Positions 52,264-63,171 are shown, counted from the first letter of the stretch. The stretch is DNA of 64,000 bases from Endomicrobiales bacterium (GCA_963796955.1 CAWCNJ010000003.1:3472-67471); one strand, 5' to 3'. Program-made: numbers and translations. The notes: a model not told the origin generated them from the letters alone.

Positions 52264-53319
52264 ATGTCAGAAAATCTTGCTAAGAAATTATCATTCCTGG
52301 ACCGGTATCTTACCCTTTGGATCTTCTGCGCTATGGCCGGCGGCGTCGCGCTTGGGTGGTTCGTGCCTTCTATTACCGGCTTTTGGAAAAAATTCCAGTA
52401 CGGGACAACGAATCTGCCTATTGCTATCGGTCTGATACTGATGATGTACCCGCCTCTTGCTAAAGTCAAGTATGAGGAGCTGGCGGATGTTTTCAGGGAC
52501 AAGAAAGTGCTCGCGTTGTCACTGTTCCAAAACTGGTTTGTCGGGCCCGTACTTATGTTCGTGCTTGCGATACTATTTTTGCATAATTACCCGCAATACA
52601 TGGTCGGCCTTATCATGATCGGTATCGCGCGCTGCATTGCGATGGTCATTGTCTGGAACGAGCTGGCCTGCGGCTGCACTGAATACTGCGCCGGGCTCGT
52701 AGCCTTCAACTCGATCTTCCAGGTGTTGTTCTATCCGTTATACGCGTGGGTTTTCATTACCGTGCTGCCGGGATGGTTCGGTCTTAAGGGCGTTGCGGTG
52801 CATATCACCATTTCCGAGATAGCTCGGAGTGTGTTCATATATCTCGGCATACCGTTCATCGCCGGATTTATAACGCGTTTTGTGCTGATCAGGCTCAAGG
52901 GCCGGGAGTGGTACGATTCCTTTTTCATTCCCAGGATAAGCCCGGTAACGCTGATCGCGTTGCTGTTCACTATCGTCGCGATGTTCTCTCTAAAAGGGGA
53001 GTATATCGTCAAGATCCCGCTTGATGTGCTGCGCATCGCCTTGCCTTTGCTTATTTATTTTGTTGTAATGTTCGTTGTATCATTCTTTATGAGCTGGAAG
53101 GTCGGCGCCGGCTATGAGCGATCCGTAACGCTCTCGTTCACCGCGGCAAGCAATAATTTCGAACTGGCCATCGCGGTCGCGATCTCTGTATTCGGTATCG
53201 GTTCAGGGGCGGCTTTCGCCGCTGTTATCGGGCCGTTGGTAGAAGTGCCTGCGCTTATAATGCTGGTGAACGCCGCACTATGGTTTAAAGGAACGATAAA
53301 CACAAATGGAAATGTTTAA
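52264..53319 (+). CDS. acr3: Arsenite efflux transporter Acr3
   Basis: [51 protein letters not shown]. Confidence 0.95.
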   Translation: MSENLAKKLSFLDRYLTLWIFCAMAGGVALGWFVPSITGFWKKFQYGTTNLPIAIGLILMMYPPLAKVKYEELADVFRDKKVLALSLFQNWFVGPVLMFVLAILFLHNYPQYMVGLIMIGIARCIAMVIVWNELACGCTEYCAGLVAFNSIFQVLFYPLYAWVFITVLPGWFGLKGVAVHITISEIARSVFIYLGIPFIAGFITRFVLIRLKGREWYDSFFIPRISPVTLIALLFTIVAMFSLKGEYIVKIPLDVLRIALPLLIYFVVMFVVSFFMSWKVGAGYERSVTLSFTAASNNFELAIAVAISVFGIGSGAAFAAVIGPLVEVPALIMLVNAALWFKGTINTNGNV

Positions 53320-53986
53320 CACAGTACTGTTTTCGGATGTGCACCTTGGTTCGCCGACCAGCCGGGCCTATGAGCTGCTTAATACCCTGAAACAGTACCG
53401 GTTCAAAAAACTGGTCATTGTCGGCGATATGTTCGAGGACCTTGATTTCAAACACCTGACGAGCACCCACTGGGAGCTGTTGGAACATATCGGCAAACTT
53501 TCACGGCGCGACGTCGAAGTCATCTGGATCGAAGGCAACCACGACGCAAAGTTCGTGCGCTTCATGGCGAATATGATCGGCATTCCCGCTAAGCTGGAGT
53601 ACGAATGGGAAATTGACGGCAAAAAGTTCCTCGCCCTGCATGGCCACCAGTTCGACAGCTTCATGACGAACAATATTTTTCTCGGCCGGTTCCTGGCCGG
53701 TCTTTTTGCGATGTTCCAGCGGTTCACGTCTTCTCAACTGTTCGACCTTATCCTGGTAAAAGTTTCCGACCGGTGGCTGCGCCTTACGGAGCAGGTTGCC
53801 TACCTGGCCATTGAGTACGGCAAAAAGAAAAAAGCCGATGTGGTGATCTGCGGCCATACCCACTTTATTTTTAACTTGAAGAAGGACGAGGTTGAATACT
53901 TTAACCTGGGCTGCTGGAATAACGCGCCCTCATACCTGCTGGCGATCACCGAAGACGGAACTGCGACCTACAAGGTTATACCCTGA
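53306..53986 (+). CDS. Calcineurin-like metallophosphoesterase (LpxH/YbbF-like)
   Basis: SDVHLG, GDMF, GNHD, HGH.FD, CGHTH, N.G.W. Confidence 0.85.
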   Translation: MEMFNTVLFSDVHLGSPTSRAYELLNTLKQYRFKKLVIVGDMFEDLDFKHLTSTHWELLEHIGKLSRRDVEVIWIEGNHDAKFVRFMANMIGIPAKLEYEWEIDGKKFLALHGHQFDSFMTNNIFLGRFLAGLFAMFQRFTSSQLFDLILVKVSDRWLRLTEQVAYLAIEYGKKKKADVVICGHTHFIFNLKKDEVEYFNLGCWNNAPSYLLAITEDGTATYKVIP

Positions 53987-53994
53987 GGGAACCC

Positions 53995-55491
53995 GTGCGA
54001 AATGCTTTATACAGATACTTGTTCAGCATCCTGCTGGTCCTTGCGGTTACATTTGTCGGAAGTATCACTAAAAATGTGCTCGCGCCGGTAAATGTTGTTT
54101 TTATTTATTTGATGATAGTTATCGCTACCGCTATCCTTTGGGGAAAGGGACCCGCGGTGCTGACATCTGTCTTGAGCGTTCTTGCTTTCGATTATTTTCT
54201 GGTGCCTCCCTATCTGACCTTCGCAGTAAATAACTTTCAGTATGTTTTTACATTTGCGGGCCTTTTAATTACGGGCCTGGTCATCAGTGACCTCTCGATC
54301 AAAACAACGCGGCAAACGCTGGAGGCCGGCAAACGGGAAACGCAAACGGCCATCCTTTACCGGCTGAGCAGGGATCTGGCGGCATCATATTCTTATGAAG
54401 ATGTCCTGGTCGCGATCAGAAGGAATATCGGAGAGATCTTTAATTGCAGCGTCGCAGTTTTTTTGCCATCGGGCGATACTATGGTCCCGGAAAGCTTCGA
54501 TGCAGATTTTCAGATAGACGACCACGAACATGCGATTGTCGAATGGGTTAATTCCAGCGGCAGCCCGGCCGGCCTGGGTACGGATAGCCTGCGGTCGGTA
54601 AAGGCGCACTATCTGCCTCTCAAGATATCACACGACACCTACGGAGTTCTGGGGGTGTTTTTCAAGGGGGGAAAATCAGCGCTGAGCAGCGATGAAAAAA
54701 ATCTGTTGAACGCGCTGTCCAGCCAGGCGGCGGTTGCGATCCACCATGCGAGGCTGGCTGAAGATGCTCGCAGGCTGGCGCTGGATAAAGCGACTGAAAA
54801 ATTGCAGATCACGCTTCTCAATTCAATTTCACACGATCTTCGCACGCCGTTGGTATCTATAAAAGGCGCCTTAAGCAGCCTGCTGCAGGATCCGGCATTG
54901 CTGGACGAGGATACGCGCCGGGAGCTGCTTTCGACCGCTTATGAAGAGTCAGACCGGCTTAACAGGCTGGTGGGTAATCTGTTGGACATGACCAGGGTTG
55001 AGTCCGGGTCCATGAAGATCAACCTTAAACCCTGTGAACTGCGCGATGTGATAGGCTCTTCCCTTCAATCGTTAAAAGACACGCTTGAGGGTAGGGAAAT
55101 ACAGATCGCAATCCCCAACAATTTGCCGGAAATCCCGATGGATTTTACGCTGATGATGCGCGTATTCGTGAATCTGCTGGACAATACCATAAAATATTCA
55201 CCGCCGCAAACCCCGATAACAATAGCTGTCGCACGCGCACATGATAGTGTAAGTATCGCGGTAAAAGATCGCGGTTTTGGCATCCCCCCGGAAGACCTTT
55301 CACGCATATTTAACAAATTCTACCGTGCCGAAAAGCCCCGCCAGATAACTGGTACGGGACTTGGCCTGTCCATCTGTAAAGGCATAGTTGAAGCTCACGG
55401 CGGCACTATCCGCGCAGAGAACAATCAGGACAAAGGCGCTACCTTCACAGTCGTTCTGCCGCTTGACAAAGGAGAGTCGAATGCAGGGTAG
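53995..55491 (+). CDS. kdpD: KdpD kinase half: DUF4118 TM + GAF + HisKA + HATPase
   Basis: SVLAFDYFLVPPY.TF, LLNSISHDLRTPL, NLLDMTR.E.G, NLLDN.IKYSP, GTGLGLSICKG; lacks the N-terminal KdpD/Usp domains. Confidence 0.88.
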   Translation: MRNALYRYLFSILLVLAVTFVGSITKNVLAPVNVVFIYLMIVIATAILWGKGPAVLTSVLSVLAFDYFLVPPYLTFAVNNFQYVFTFAGLLITGLVISDLSIKTTRQTLEAGKRETQTAILYRLSRDLAASYSYEDVLVAIRRNIGEIFNCSVAVFLPSGDTMVPESFDADFQIDDHEHAIVEWVNSSGSPAGLGTDSLRSVKAHYLPLKISHDTYGVLGVFFKGGKSALSSDEKNLLNALSSQAAVAIHHARLAEDARRLALDKATEKLQITLLNSISHDLRTPLVSIKGALSSLLQDPALLDEDTRRELLSTAYEESDRLNRLVGNLLDMTRVESGSMKINLKPCELRDVIGSSLQSLKDTLEGREIQIAIPNNLPEIPMDFTLMMRVFVNLLDNTIKYSPPQTPITIAVARAHDSVSIAVKDRGFGIPPEDLSRIFNKFYRAEKPRQITGTGLGLSICKGIVEAHGGTIRAENNQDKGATFTVVLPLDKGESNAG

Positions 55492-56182
55492 CGGTGATCC
55501 ACGCATCCTTGTGGTAGATGATGAGAAAACGATACGGCGCTTTTTGCGGGCGACGCTGGTTTCGCACGGGTATGGCGTGGCTGAGGCTGTAAATGGGCAG
55601 GAGGCGCTGGAACTTTCTGTCTCGGCGCACCCTGATGCTATTATTTTGGATCTGGGGTTGCCGGATATGGATGGGGCCGAGGTGACGCGTCAGGTGCGTA
55701 AGCGTTCCCGGATACCTATTATTATTTTGTCGGTGCGGGACCATGAAAGTGATAAGATATCGGCGCTGGACGCGGGGGCGGATGACTATCTTACCAAGCC
55801 TTTCGACGCGGGCGAACTGCTGGCGCGTATTCGGGCGGTGATGAGACGGTTGCTGCCGCAAAACAAAAGCGCTGTTTTTAAGATCAAAAACCTTATGATG
55901 GATATTGCCAGACACGTGGTGGAAGTGAAGGGGAAAGCGGTCCATCTGACCCCTACTGAATATAATGTACTGAAAATGCTGGTGGCCAATGCCGGTGGTA
56001 TTGTAACCCAGGGCCAGCTGCTGAAAGAGATCTGGGATAAAACGGAAAATGTTGAAGGCGCCGAACATCTTCTGAGGGTCACCATCAGCAACCTGCGTAA
56101 TAAAATAGAAACGAACCCTGACAGGCCAAGCTTAATTCTTACTGAACCCGCCGTCGGTTACCGATTGTTTTCAGACAACTAA
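55481..56182 (+). CDS. kdpE: Response regulator KdpE
   Basis: IRRFLR..L, LDLGLPDMDG, DKISALDAGADDYLTKPF, HLTPTEY, LR.KIE..P..P..ILTEP.VGY. Confidence 0.92.
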   Translation: MQGSGDPRILVVDDEKTIRRFLRATLVSHGYGVAEAVNGQEALELSVSAHPDAIILDLGLPDMDGAEVTRQVRKRSRIPIIILSVRDHESDKISALDAGADDYLTKPFDAGELLARIRAVMRRLLPQNKSAVFKIKNLMMDIARHVVEVKGKAVHLTPTEYNVLKMLVANAGGIVTQGQLLKEIWDKTENVEGAEHLLRVTISNLRNKIETNPDRPSLILTEPAVGYRLFSDN

Positions 56183-56204
56183 CTCTTCTTTATAATCAAA
56201 AAAA

Positions 56205-56250
56205 TTGACTAATTTTTGACTTGCCCGCTCGCCATGTCTTGTGGTATGCT
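56205..56250 (+). promoter_or_regulatory. Putative KdpE site and extended -10 for kdpA
   Basis: TTGACT direct repeat at 56205 and 56216 (11-bp phase); TGGTATGCT at 56242-56250. Confidence 0.6.
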
Positions 56251-56279
56251 ACCCCCATGATGTTGCATGGAGGGTATCT

Positions 56280-57986
56280 ATGATAGTGAACGGTTGGGTA
56301 TTTCAATTGGTTGTCTTTTTGGTGGTGTTGACGGTAGCGGCTGTCGCGCTCGGCGAGTATTTGGCCGATGTATTCTCAGGCAAAAAAACATTCCTGAGCC
56401 CGTTGTTCAACCTTGTAGAGAACGCGCTCTATGGGTTGTTCGGTATAGACCCTTCGAAGGAAACAGGATGGAAAACCTACGCCCTTGATCTGGTAATATT
56501 TAACCTTGTAGGCATCGCGGCGCTTTTTCTGTTACAGCAGGTTCAGCACCTGCTGCCGCTTAATCCGCAGAAATTCGGGGCGGTAAAGTGGGACCTTGCG
56601 CTCAATACCGCGGTCTCTTTTGTTACCAATACCAACTGGCAAAATTATGGCGGTGAAGGCACCATGAGTTATCTTACCCAGATGATGGGTATGACGGTGC
56701 AGAATTTTCTGTCCGCTGCCACGGGCCTTGCGGCGATGATCGTTTTCATTCGGGCTTTTGCCCGCCAAAGCGTATCTAAGATCGGCAATTTCTGGGTTGA
56801 CCTTACGCGGTCAATAGTGTACGTGCTGCTTCCGATGTCGTTTATTTTCGCTCTGGTACTGGTCGGCCAGGGTGTGATACAGAATTTTGATCCGAATGTG
56901 AAGGCCAAAACGCTTCAAGGCGCCGAGCAGGTTATCGCCATGGGGCCGGTTGCTTCCCAGGCAGCCATTAAAATCGTTGGTACCAATGGCGGCGGCTTCT
57001 TTAACGCCAACGCCGCCCACCCGTACGAAAATCCTACTCCTATGAGCGACTATTTACAGATACTGGCGATGCTGGTAATAGCGGCTGCATCGCCTTTTGC
57101 TTTCGGCAAGATGATCGGCTCCAGAAAACAGGGATGGGTGCTGTTCATCTCTATGATGATACTGTACCTGCTTGGATTAAGTGTCGTCATATGGTCGGAG
57201 TTCCACGGCAATCCCATTCTTGCGAAACTCGGTGTTTCGGGCGGCGTGAACATGGCCGGTAAGGAAGTGCGTTTCGGCCAGCTTGCGTCGGCGGTGTTTG
57301 CGCATTCAACGACCGTAACATCGTGCGGCGCGGTAAACTGTATGCACGACAGCCTTTTGCCGCTTTCCAGCATGATCCTTATATTCAATATCGCGATCGG
57401 CGAGGTCATTTTCGGCGGGGTAGGAACCGGTCTTATCAGCATGATCATTTATGCGATTATCACCATGTTCCTGGTCGGGCTTATGATAGGCCGTACGCCG
57501 GAGATCTTCGGAAAAAAGCTGGAGCCGCAGGAAATGGCCATGGCGGTGGTGATCCTGCTTGCCTCAACGGTGGTGCAGCTTACTTTTACCGCCGTTGGCG
57601 TCTCGAATGCGTTCGGACTATCCAGCCTTAATAACGCAGGTCCCCATGGTTTTACCGAGATCCTGTATGCCTTTGTATCCATGGCGGGCAATAACGGCTC
57701 AGCTTTTGCGGGGTTGAACGGTAACACGCCGTTCTATAACATTGCAGGGGCCTTTACCATGCTGGTCGGCCGCTATTTTGTTATCGTGCCGTCCATCGCG
57801 ATCGCCGGGATGTTGGCACAGAAAAAGATGGTGCCCAAAAGCGTCAAATTCCCTACGGCAAGTCCGTTGTTCGTTGTTATGCTGGTCAGCGTGGTCATTG
57901 TGGTCGGGGCGCTATCGTTCTTTCCGCCCCTGGCCCTGGGGCCTATGCTGGAACACATGATGATGCAGGCCGGGAGGACCTTCTAA
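56280..57986 (+). CDS. kdpA: K+-transporting ATPase subunit A
   Basis: [48 protein letters not shown]; start ATG 56280 after GGAGGG. Confidence 0.95.
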   Translation: MIVNGWVFQLVVFLVVLTVAAVALGEYLADVFSGKKTFLSPLFNLVENALYGLFGIDPSKETGWKTYALDLVIFNLVGIAALFLLQQVQHLLPLNPQKFGAVKWDLALNTAVSFVTNTNWQNYGGEGTMSYLTQMMGMTVQNFLSAATGLAAMIVFIRAFARQSVSKIGNFWVDLTRSIVYVLLPMSFIFALVLVGQGVIQNFDPNVKAKTLQGAEQVIAMGPVASQAAIKIVGTNGGGFFNANAAHPYENPTPMSDYLQILAMLVIAAASPFAFGKMIGSRKQGWVLFISMMILYLLGLSVVIWSEFHGNPILAKLGVSGGVNMAGKEVRFGQLASAVFAHSTTVTSCGAVNCMHDSLLPLSSMILIFNIAIGEVIFGGVGTGLISMIIYAIITMFLVGLMIGRTPEIFGKKLEPQEMAMAVVILLASTVVQLTFTAVGVSNAFGLSSLNNAGPHGFTEILYAFVSMAGNNGSAFAGLNGNTPFYNIAGAFTMLVGRYFVIVPSIAIAGMLAQKKMVPKSVKFPTASPLFVVMLVSVVIVVGALSFFPPLALGPMLEHMMMQAGRTF

Positions 57987-60022
57987 TGGAAAACAATAAA
58001 AAAAGTGTCTGGCAGTACGACATTATAATGAAAGCGGTTCAAGGCTCGTTCGTTAAGCTGAACCCCATCACATTGCTGCGCAATCCTGTCATGTTCATTG
58101 TTGAGCTTGGCTCGGCGATAGTAACCTATATCGCTTTCAGGAATATGGCAGCCGGCAGAAGTTTTGCCTTTGACATCCAGATAAGCTTGTGGTTGTGGTT
58201 TACGGTCCTTTTCGCGAACTTTGCCGAAGCGTTGGCCGAGGGTAAGGGAAAGGCTCAGGCGGAAGCCCTTAAAAAAGCAAGAAGCGAAACAGCCGCCAAT
58301 AAAGTGCTGGAAGATGGAACAATAGAGAACATACCGTCATCCGATCTGCGCAAAGAAGACATTGTTATCGTTAAAGACGGAGAGATAATACCCGTTGATG
58401 GTGAAATAATAGAAGGAGTTTCCTTGGTGGACGAATCAGCGATTACGGGAGAATCGGCGCCGGTGGTACGCGAATACGGCGGTGATAAAAGCGGGGTTAC
58501 CGGCGGTACCAAGGTATTGTCAGGCAGTATTAAAGTGAAAATAACGGCAAACCCCGGCGAGACCTTCCTTGACCGGATGATCGGCATGGTGGAAAACGCC
58601 AAACGCCAGAAAACGCCCAATGAAAAGGCGCTTGAGATATTACTGATCGCGATGACCGTGTTATTCCTGGTGGTGTGCGTTACATTGAAATATTTCGCGG
58701 CATATATGCTGGTGCCTATTTCCGTTCCGATACTGATCTCACTGCTTGTTTGTTTGATGCCGACGACCATCGGCGGGTTGCTGCCTGCCATCGGCATCGC
58801 GGGCATGGACCGGCTGCTGAGCAACAATGTTATCGCCTTAAGCGGCCGGGCGGTGGAAGCCGCCGGCGACGTTAACGTGGTGCTGCTGGATAAAACAGGC
58901 ACCATAACGCTTGGCAACAGAATGGCGACGGAATTTATGCCGGTTACCGGTGTAACCGCCGAAGAGCTGGCGAACGCGGCGATGCTTTCATCCCTTGCCG
59001 ACGAAACGCCAGAAGGCCGGAGTATTGTGGTGCTTGCCAAGGATAAGCTGAAGGTGCGCGGTCGCGATATCCGTGCCCCGGAAGGTGCGGTTTTCATTGA
59101 GTTCAGCGCCCAGACGCGCATGAGTGGTATCGATGTGGGTGGGCAGAAAATACGAAAAGGTGCTTTTGAATCCATAGTCGAATATGTTAAGGTCAGTGGC
59201 GGCTCTGTGCCCGATGATGTTGAGCGTCTGGCGAACGATGTTTCGGGCGATGGCGGCACGCCGTTAGTGGTTGCCGATGACAAACGGGTGCTGGGTGTTA
59301 TCCGTCTAAAAGATATAGTTAAAACAGGTATAAAGGACCGGCTGCAACAGTTGAGCAATATGGGCATAGAGTCGATCATGATAACCGGCGACAATCCTCT
59401 TACCGCCGTGGTAATTGCAGCCGAGGCTGGGGTCAGCGATTTTATCGCGCCAGCAAAACCCGAAACAAAACTGAACAGTATCAGAGAGCTGCAATCCCGC
59501 GGAAACATGGTAGCCATGATCGGCGACGGCACCAATGATGCCCCGGCGCTTGCGCAGGCGGACGTGGCTGTTGCAATGAATGCCGGCACGCAGGCCGCCC
59601 GTGAAGCCGCCAATATGATAGATCTCGACTCTAATCCGACAAAGTTGTTGGATATTGTCGAGATCGGCAAGCAGATACTCATAACAAGGGGTTCTATCAC
59701 CACCTTCAGCGTAACGAACGACGTCGCGAAATACTTCGCCATTATCCCGGCGATATTCGCGGCAACCTATCCGATGCTGGGTATATTGAACATTATGCAT
59801 CTGGCTAACCCCCGGAGCGCGGTATTGTCGGCGGTAATATTTAATGCTCTGATAATCCCGATGCTGATACCGCTGTCGCTGAAAGGGGTGCAGTATAAAC
59901 AAAGCACGGCGCAGTCGCTGCTGGTGCGCAATTTCCTCATATACGGTGTTGGCGGTTTGCTGCTGCCGTTCGTCGGCATAAAGCTGATCGATATGCTGCT
60001 GGTCACATTGAGACTGGTATAA
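57986..60022 (+). CDS. kdpB: K+-transporting ATPase subunit B
   Basis: [39 protein letters not shown]. Confidence 0.97.
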   Translation: MENNKKSVWQYDIIMKAVQGSFVKLNPITLLRNPVMFIVELGSAIVTYIAFRNMAAGRSFAFDIQISLWLWFTVLFANFAEALAEGKGKAQAEALKKARSETAANKVLEDGTIENIPSSDLRKEDIVIVKDGEIIPVDGEIIEGVSLVDESAITGESAPVVREYGGDKSGVTGGTKVLSGSIKVKITANPGETFLDRMIGMVENAKRQKTPNEKALEILLIAMTVLFLVVCVTLKYFAAYMLVPISVPILISLLVCLMPTTIGGLLPAIGIAGMDRLLSNNVIALSGRAVEAAGDVNVVLLDKTGTITLGNRMATEFMPVTGVTAEELANAAMLSSLADETPEGRSIVVLAKDKLKVRGRDIRAPEGAVFIEFSAQTRMSGIDVGGQKIRKGAFESIVEYVKVSGGSVPDDVERLANDVSGDGGTPLVVADDKRVLGVIRLKDIVKTGIKDRLQQLSNMGIESIMITGDNPLTAVVIAAEAGVSDFIAPAKPETKLNSIRELQSRGNMVAMIGDGTNDAPALAQADVAVAMNAGTQAAREAANMIDLDSNPTKLLDIVEIGKQILITRGSITTFSVTNDVAKYFAIIPAIFAATYPMLGILNIMHLANPRSAVLSAVIFNALIIPMLIPLSLKGVQYKQSTAQSLLVRNFLIYGVGGLLLPFVGIKLIDMLLVTLRLV

Positions 60023-60028
60023 GGAGCT

Positions 60029-60618
60029 ATGATAATGAAAAACATAATTCAGTCGCTCAGGGTATATGTGGTTTTTACGGTGTTGCTGGGGTTGGTCTAT
60101 CCGGTGGCGGTTACCGTTATTGCCCAGGTTTCCCTGCCGTGTCAGTCTGAGGGCAGTCTTATCCACCGGGATGGTGTGGTCGTGGGTTCACGGCTTATCG
60201 GGCAGAGTTTTACCGAGCTGAAATATTTTCAAAGCAGGCCTTCGGCGAATAATTACGACGGCACCAATTCGGCGCCGAAAACCTGGGCCCAACCAGTAAA
60301 AAACTGATGGATGGCACGGCGGTGTTGCTTGCCAGGGCTCGGCAGGATAACGGGCTCAGCTCCAGTGCGGCGATACCTTCGGATATGGTTCTTTCGTCGG
60401 CAAGCGGCTTGGACCCGCATATATCGCTTGAAAATGCCGCGCTTCAGGCGGGGCGTATCGCGAAGCTCAGGGGTGTAAGCCAGGATGCGTTGAAAAAATT
60501 GATCGTTGAAAACATCGACCCTGATTTCATAGGGATATGGGGTTGTCAGGGTGTAAATGTTTTAACCTTGAACATGGGGCTCGACAGCCTGGCGAACAGC
60601 ACAACAGGGGAGTGTTAA
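60029..60618 (+). CDS. kdpC: K+-transporting ATPase subunit C, frameshifted at ~60270
   Basis: LGLVYP, GS.LIGQ.F...YF.SRPSA, then SASGLDPHIS...VNVL.LN. One extra G at tcggcgcc restores SGAENLGPTSKKL. Confidence 0.9.
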
Positions 60619-61074
60619 ATGAAGACCACAGATTTTCTTTGTCACGAAGCGATCATTCTTGACATCAAAGCTTGTGAAAAAGAATCGGCAATTAAAGAAA
60701 TGGTAAATGTACTTGTAAAACTGAAGAAGGTCAATAACGCCGCTGAAGCGATCGAGCTGCTGATGCAGCGCGAAAAACTTGGTTCCACCGGTATCGGCCA
60801 GGGTGTTGCCATACCGCACACCAGGTGCGATTCTGTAAAAGAGCAAGTGGCTGTTCTTGCTTTCTCAAAAAAGGGCGTTGAATTTAATGCGCTTGACAGT
60901 GGCCCGGTAAACATTCTATTCTTGCTGTTGTGCCCTGGCGCTTCAACGGGAGAGCATTTACAGGCGATGGCGAAAATATCAAAACTGCTTAAAGGAAAGG
61001 TGTTACGCCAGGCGTTATTGGAAGCAAAAACGCCGGCCGATGTTCTGTCGCTGATCCAGCAGGCGGATGTGTAA
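60619..61074 (+). CDS. ptsN: PTS EIIA (Ntr/fructose type)
   Basis: REKLGSTGIGQGVAIPH (phospho-His), F.ALD..PV..LFLL, HL..MA.IS. Confidence 0.85.
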   Translation: MKTTDFLCHEAIILDIKACEKESAIKEMVNVLVKLKKVNNAAEAIELLMQREKLGSTGIGQGVAIPHTRCDSVKEQVAVLAFSKKGVEFNALDSGPVNILFLLLCPGASTGEHLQAMAKISKLLKGKVLRQALLEAKTPADVLSLIQQADV

Positions 61075-61107
61075 ACGATGATGATCCAATTCGGGAGGGT
61101 TTTTTAA

Positions 61108-63060
61108 GTGGAAGAGCAACGGCCGGATCCTGACGAGCTGTTAAAACAAATTAAATTGGACGACACCGATGCCGCGGCGGCATATGCCGGCGGCAGGCTG
61201 AAAATATTCCTGGGCTATTCCGCGGGCGTGGGTAAAACGTACCGAATGCTTCAGGAAGCGGCGGCTAATAAATTGCACGGCATTGACACCGTCATCGGGA
61301 TAGTAGAAACGCATAACAGAAATGAAACCGAGGCTATGCTGACGGGGCTCGAAGTGTTGCCCAGAAAAAAGATCGATTATTCCGGTATCACACTTGAAGA
61401 AATGGATATTGACGCCGTGCTGCGGCGCCGTCTGGACATAGTGCTCGTTGACGAGCTGGCGCATACCAACGCCCCGGGGTCCAGGCATACTAAAAGGTTC
61501 CAGGACGTTGAGGAACTGCTTAAGGCGGGAATAAATGTTTATTCCACGCTGAACATCCAGCACGTTGAAAGCCTGGTTGATGTCGTTAATCAGGTCTCCG
61601 GCATAAAAGTGGCTGAGACGGTGCCGGACCGGATACTGGAGCTGGCGCAGGAAGTTGAATTGGTGGATCTGACGCCCGAAAAACTGCTGGAAAGATTCAA
61701 AGAAGGAAAGGTGTATATACCTAAAAAGGCTGAGCAGGCCATGCGCCAGTTCTTTAAGAAAGGCAACCTGCTTTCCCTGAGGGAACTGTCGCTGCATTAC
61801 ACCGCCAAACACGTGGATGAAGATGTGCGCGACTACATGGAAAAGAATGCTATCGCGGGGCCATGGCGTGTCGGCTCCCGATTGCTGGTTAGTATATCGG
61901 CAAGCATTTCTTCCCGTAGATTGATACGCTTTACCCACCGGATGGCCCAGGACCTGGACGCCGAATGGTTCGCGGTTTACGTGGAATCCCGCCAGCAGCT
62001 TGAGATCAGCGGCAAGGCCCGTTTGCAGCTGGATAAAAATGTTCAACTTGCCGAAGAGCTTGGCGCGAAAGTCGTTATATTGAGCGGCGCGAACGTGGCC
62101 GATGAGATACTGGGTTTCTCCAAGGCGCATCAGGTAACCATGATAATCGCGGGACCTTCAAAGCGAACGTTTATGGACCGGTTATTTAAGGGCTCGGTGC
62201 TGAGCAGGCTTATAAATGAAAGCGGCAACATCAATGTTTTGATAGCGCGGGATACCGTACGCGAAAATGAACCTCAACGGCTCTATGATTTTCGCAAAAG
62301 AGATTTCCGATCGTATCTTGCCAGCCTCGCCGCGATTGGCCTTACCGTTGGGGCGGGTTTAGTGTTCCGCTCAAGACTTGAGCCGATAAACGTTGCGATG
62401 CTGCTGCTGATACCGGCGATCGCGAGCGGTATCTTCTGGGGAATACGGGTAAGCCTTTTCGCTTCCATCCTGTCGATCGCGGCCTTCGACTTTTTCTTCG
62501 TGCCGCCGTTCCTGACGTTCAGGGTCTCGGATGTACGGTTCCTTCCCAGTTTTATCGTTTTCATCCTCGTCTCGGTCGTGATCAGCTACTTCGCAAAATC
62601 GGTTCGCCAGGAGGCGGAGAGTTCTCGCCACAGGGAACGGTTCATCTATTCCCTGTATTCATTCACCAGGACCGTTATGTCGGCACAGGGGCTGGAAAAT
62701 ATATTCGAGCGGGCGGTAAAAAGCATTTCAGAGGCATTTGGAAGCAACGTCGTAATACTGCTGCCGGGTGGATCCGGTAAACTGGCGCTTAAAGCCACTG
62801 ACAAAGAAGGGCTGTACCTGAACGATACGGAAACAGCGGTGGCAGTATGGGTCTATAACAACGGTCAACCCGCCGGGAAAAGCACCGGGACATTATCCTC
62901 TTCCTTATGGTATTATCTGCCCATAAAAATGGGGGAAAAGACCATCGGCGTCATAGGCATCAAACCCATCGATCCTGATAGATCGCTCACGCCCGAGCAG
63001 GATCAATTGCTGGAATCCTTTACCGGAATAGTATCCCTGGCCGTAAGAAAATCGCATTGA
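61108..63060 (+). CDS. kdpD: KdpD sensor half: KdpD domain + Usp + DUF4118 TM + GAF, no kinase
   Basis: RPDPD.LL, LKIFLGYSAGVGKTY.ML, VDELAHTN, TLNIQH.ESL, Usp segment, AFDFFFVPP; ends after the GAF domain without an H-box. Confidence 0.9.
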   Translation: MEEQRPDPDELLKQIKLDDTDAAAAYAGGRLKIFLGYSAGVGKTYRMLQEAAANKLHGIDTVIGIVETHNRNETEAMLTGLEVLPRKKIDYSGITLEEMDIDAVLRRRLDIVLVDELAHTNAPGSRHTKRFQDVEELLKAGINVYSTLNIQHVESLVDVVNQVSGIKVAETVPDRILELAQEVELVDLTPEKLLERFKEGKVYIPKKAEQAMRQFFKKGNLLSLRELSLHYTAKHVDEDVRDYMEKNAIAGPWRVGSRLLVSISASISSRRLIRFTHRMAQDLDAEWFAVYVESRQQLEISGKARLQLDKNVQLAEELGAKVVILSGANVADEILGFSKAHQVTMIIAGPSKRTFMDRLFKGSVLSRLINESGNINVLIARDTVRENEPQRLYDFRKRDFRSYLASLAAIGLTVGAGLVFRSRLEPINVAMLLLIPAIASGIFWGIRVSLFASILSIAAFDFFFVPPFLTFRVSDVRFLPSFIVFILVSVVISYFAKSVRQEAESSRHRERFIYSLYSFTRTVMSAQGLENIFERAVKSISEAFGSNVVILLPGGSGKLALKATDKEGLYLNDTETAVAVWVYNNGQPAGKSTGTLSSSLWYYLPIKMGEKTIGVIGIKPIDPDRSLTPEQDQLLESFTGIVSLAVRKSH

Positions 63061-63112
63061 AAGTACAATCCTTTTCGCATGGTTTGGTGGAGGTATAACA
63101 GCGTTATCTCGT

Positions 63113-63141
63113 TTGACTTTAGACGAGGGATTAGGTAGAAT
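63113..63141 (+). promoter_or_regulatory. sigma70-type promoter for the second pstS
   Basis: TTGACT 63113-17 bp-TAGAAT 63136. Confidence 0.6.
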
Positions 63142-63171
63142 AGCGCTAACTTACGGCCCAGACCTTAAATA

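Noticed and set aside
55500-55860. G/T-skewed 5' half of kdpE as a foreign patch
   Set aside because: Visual impression only; the protein is a normal receiver domain and I cannot quantify the skew
56183-56279. c-di-AMP (ydaO) riboswitch before kdpA
   Set aside because: The interval is too short and lacks the conserved motifs
58255-59742. 495-aa antisense ORF in kdpB (also 61141-62130 and 33113-34045)
   Set aside because: Typical antisense open frames from codon bias, with no protein motifs
60260-60310. Programmed frameshift in kdpC
   Set aside because: A single missing G in a short G run restores the canonical sequence; same error type as elsewhere in the window
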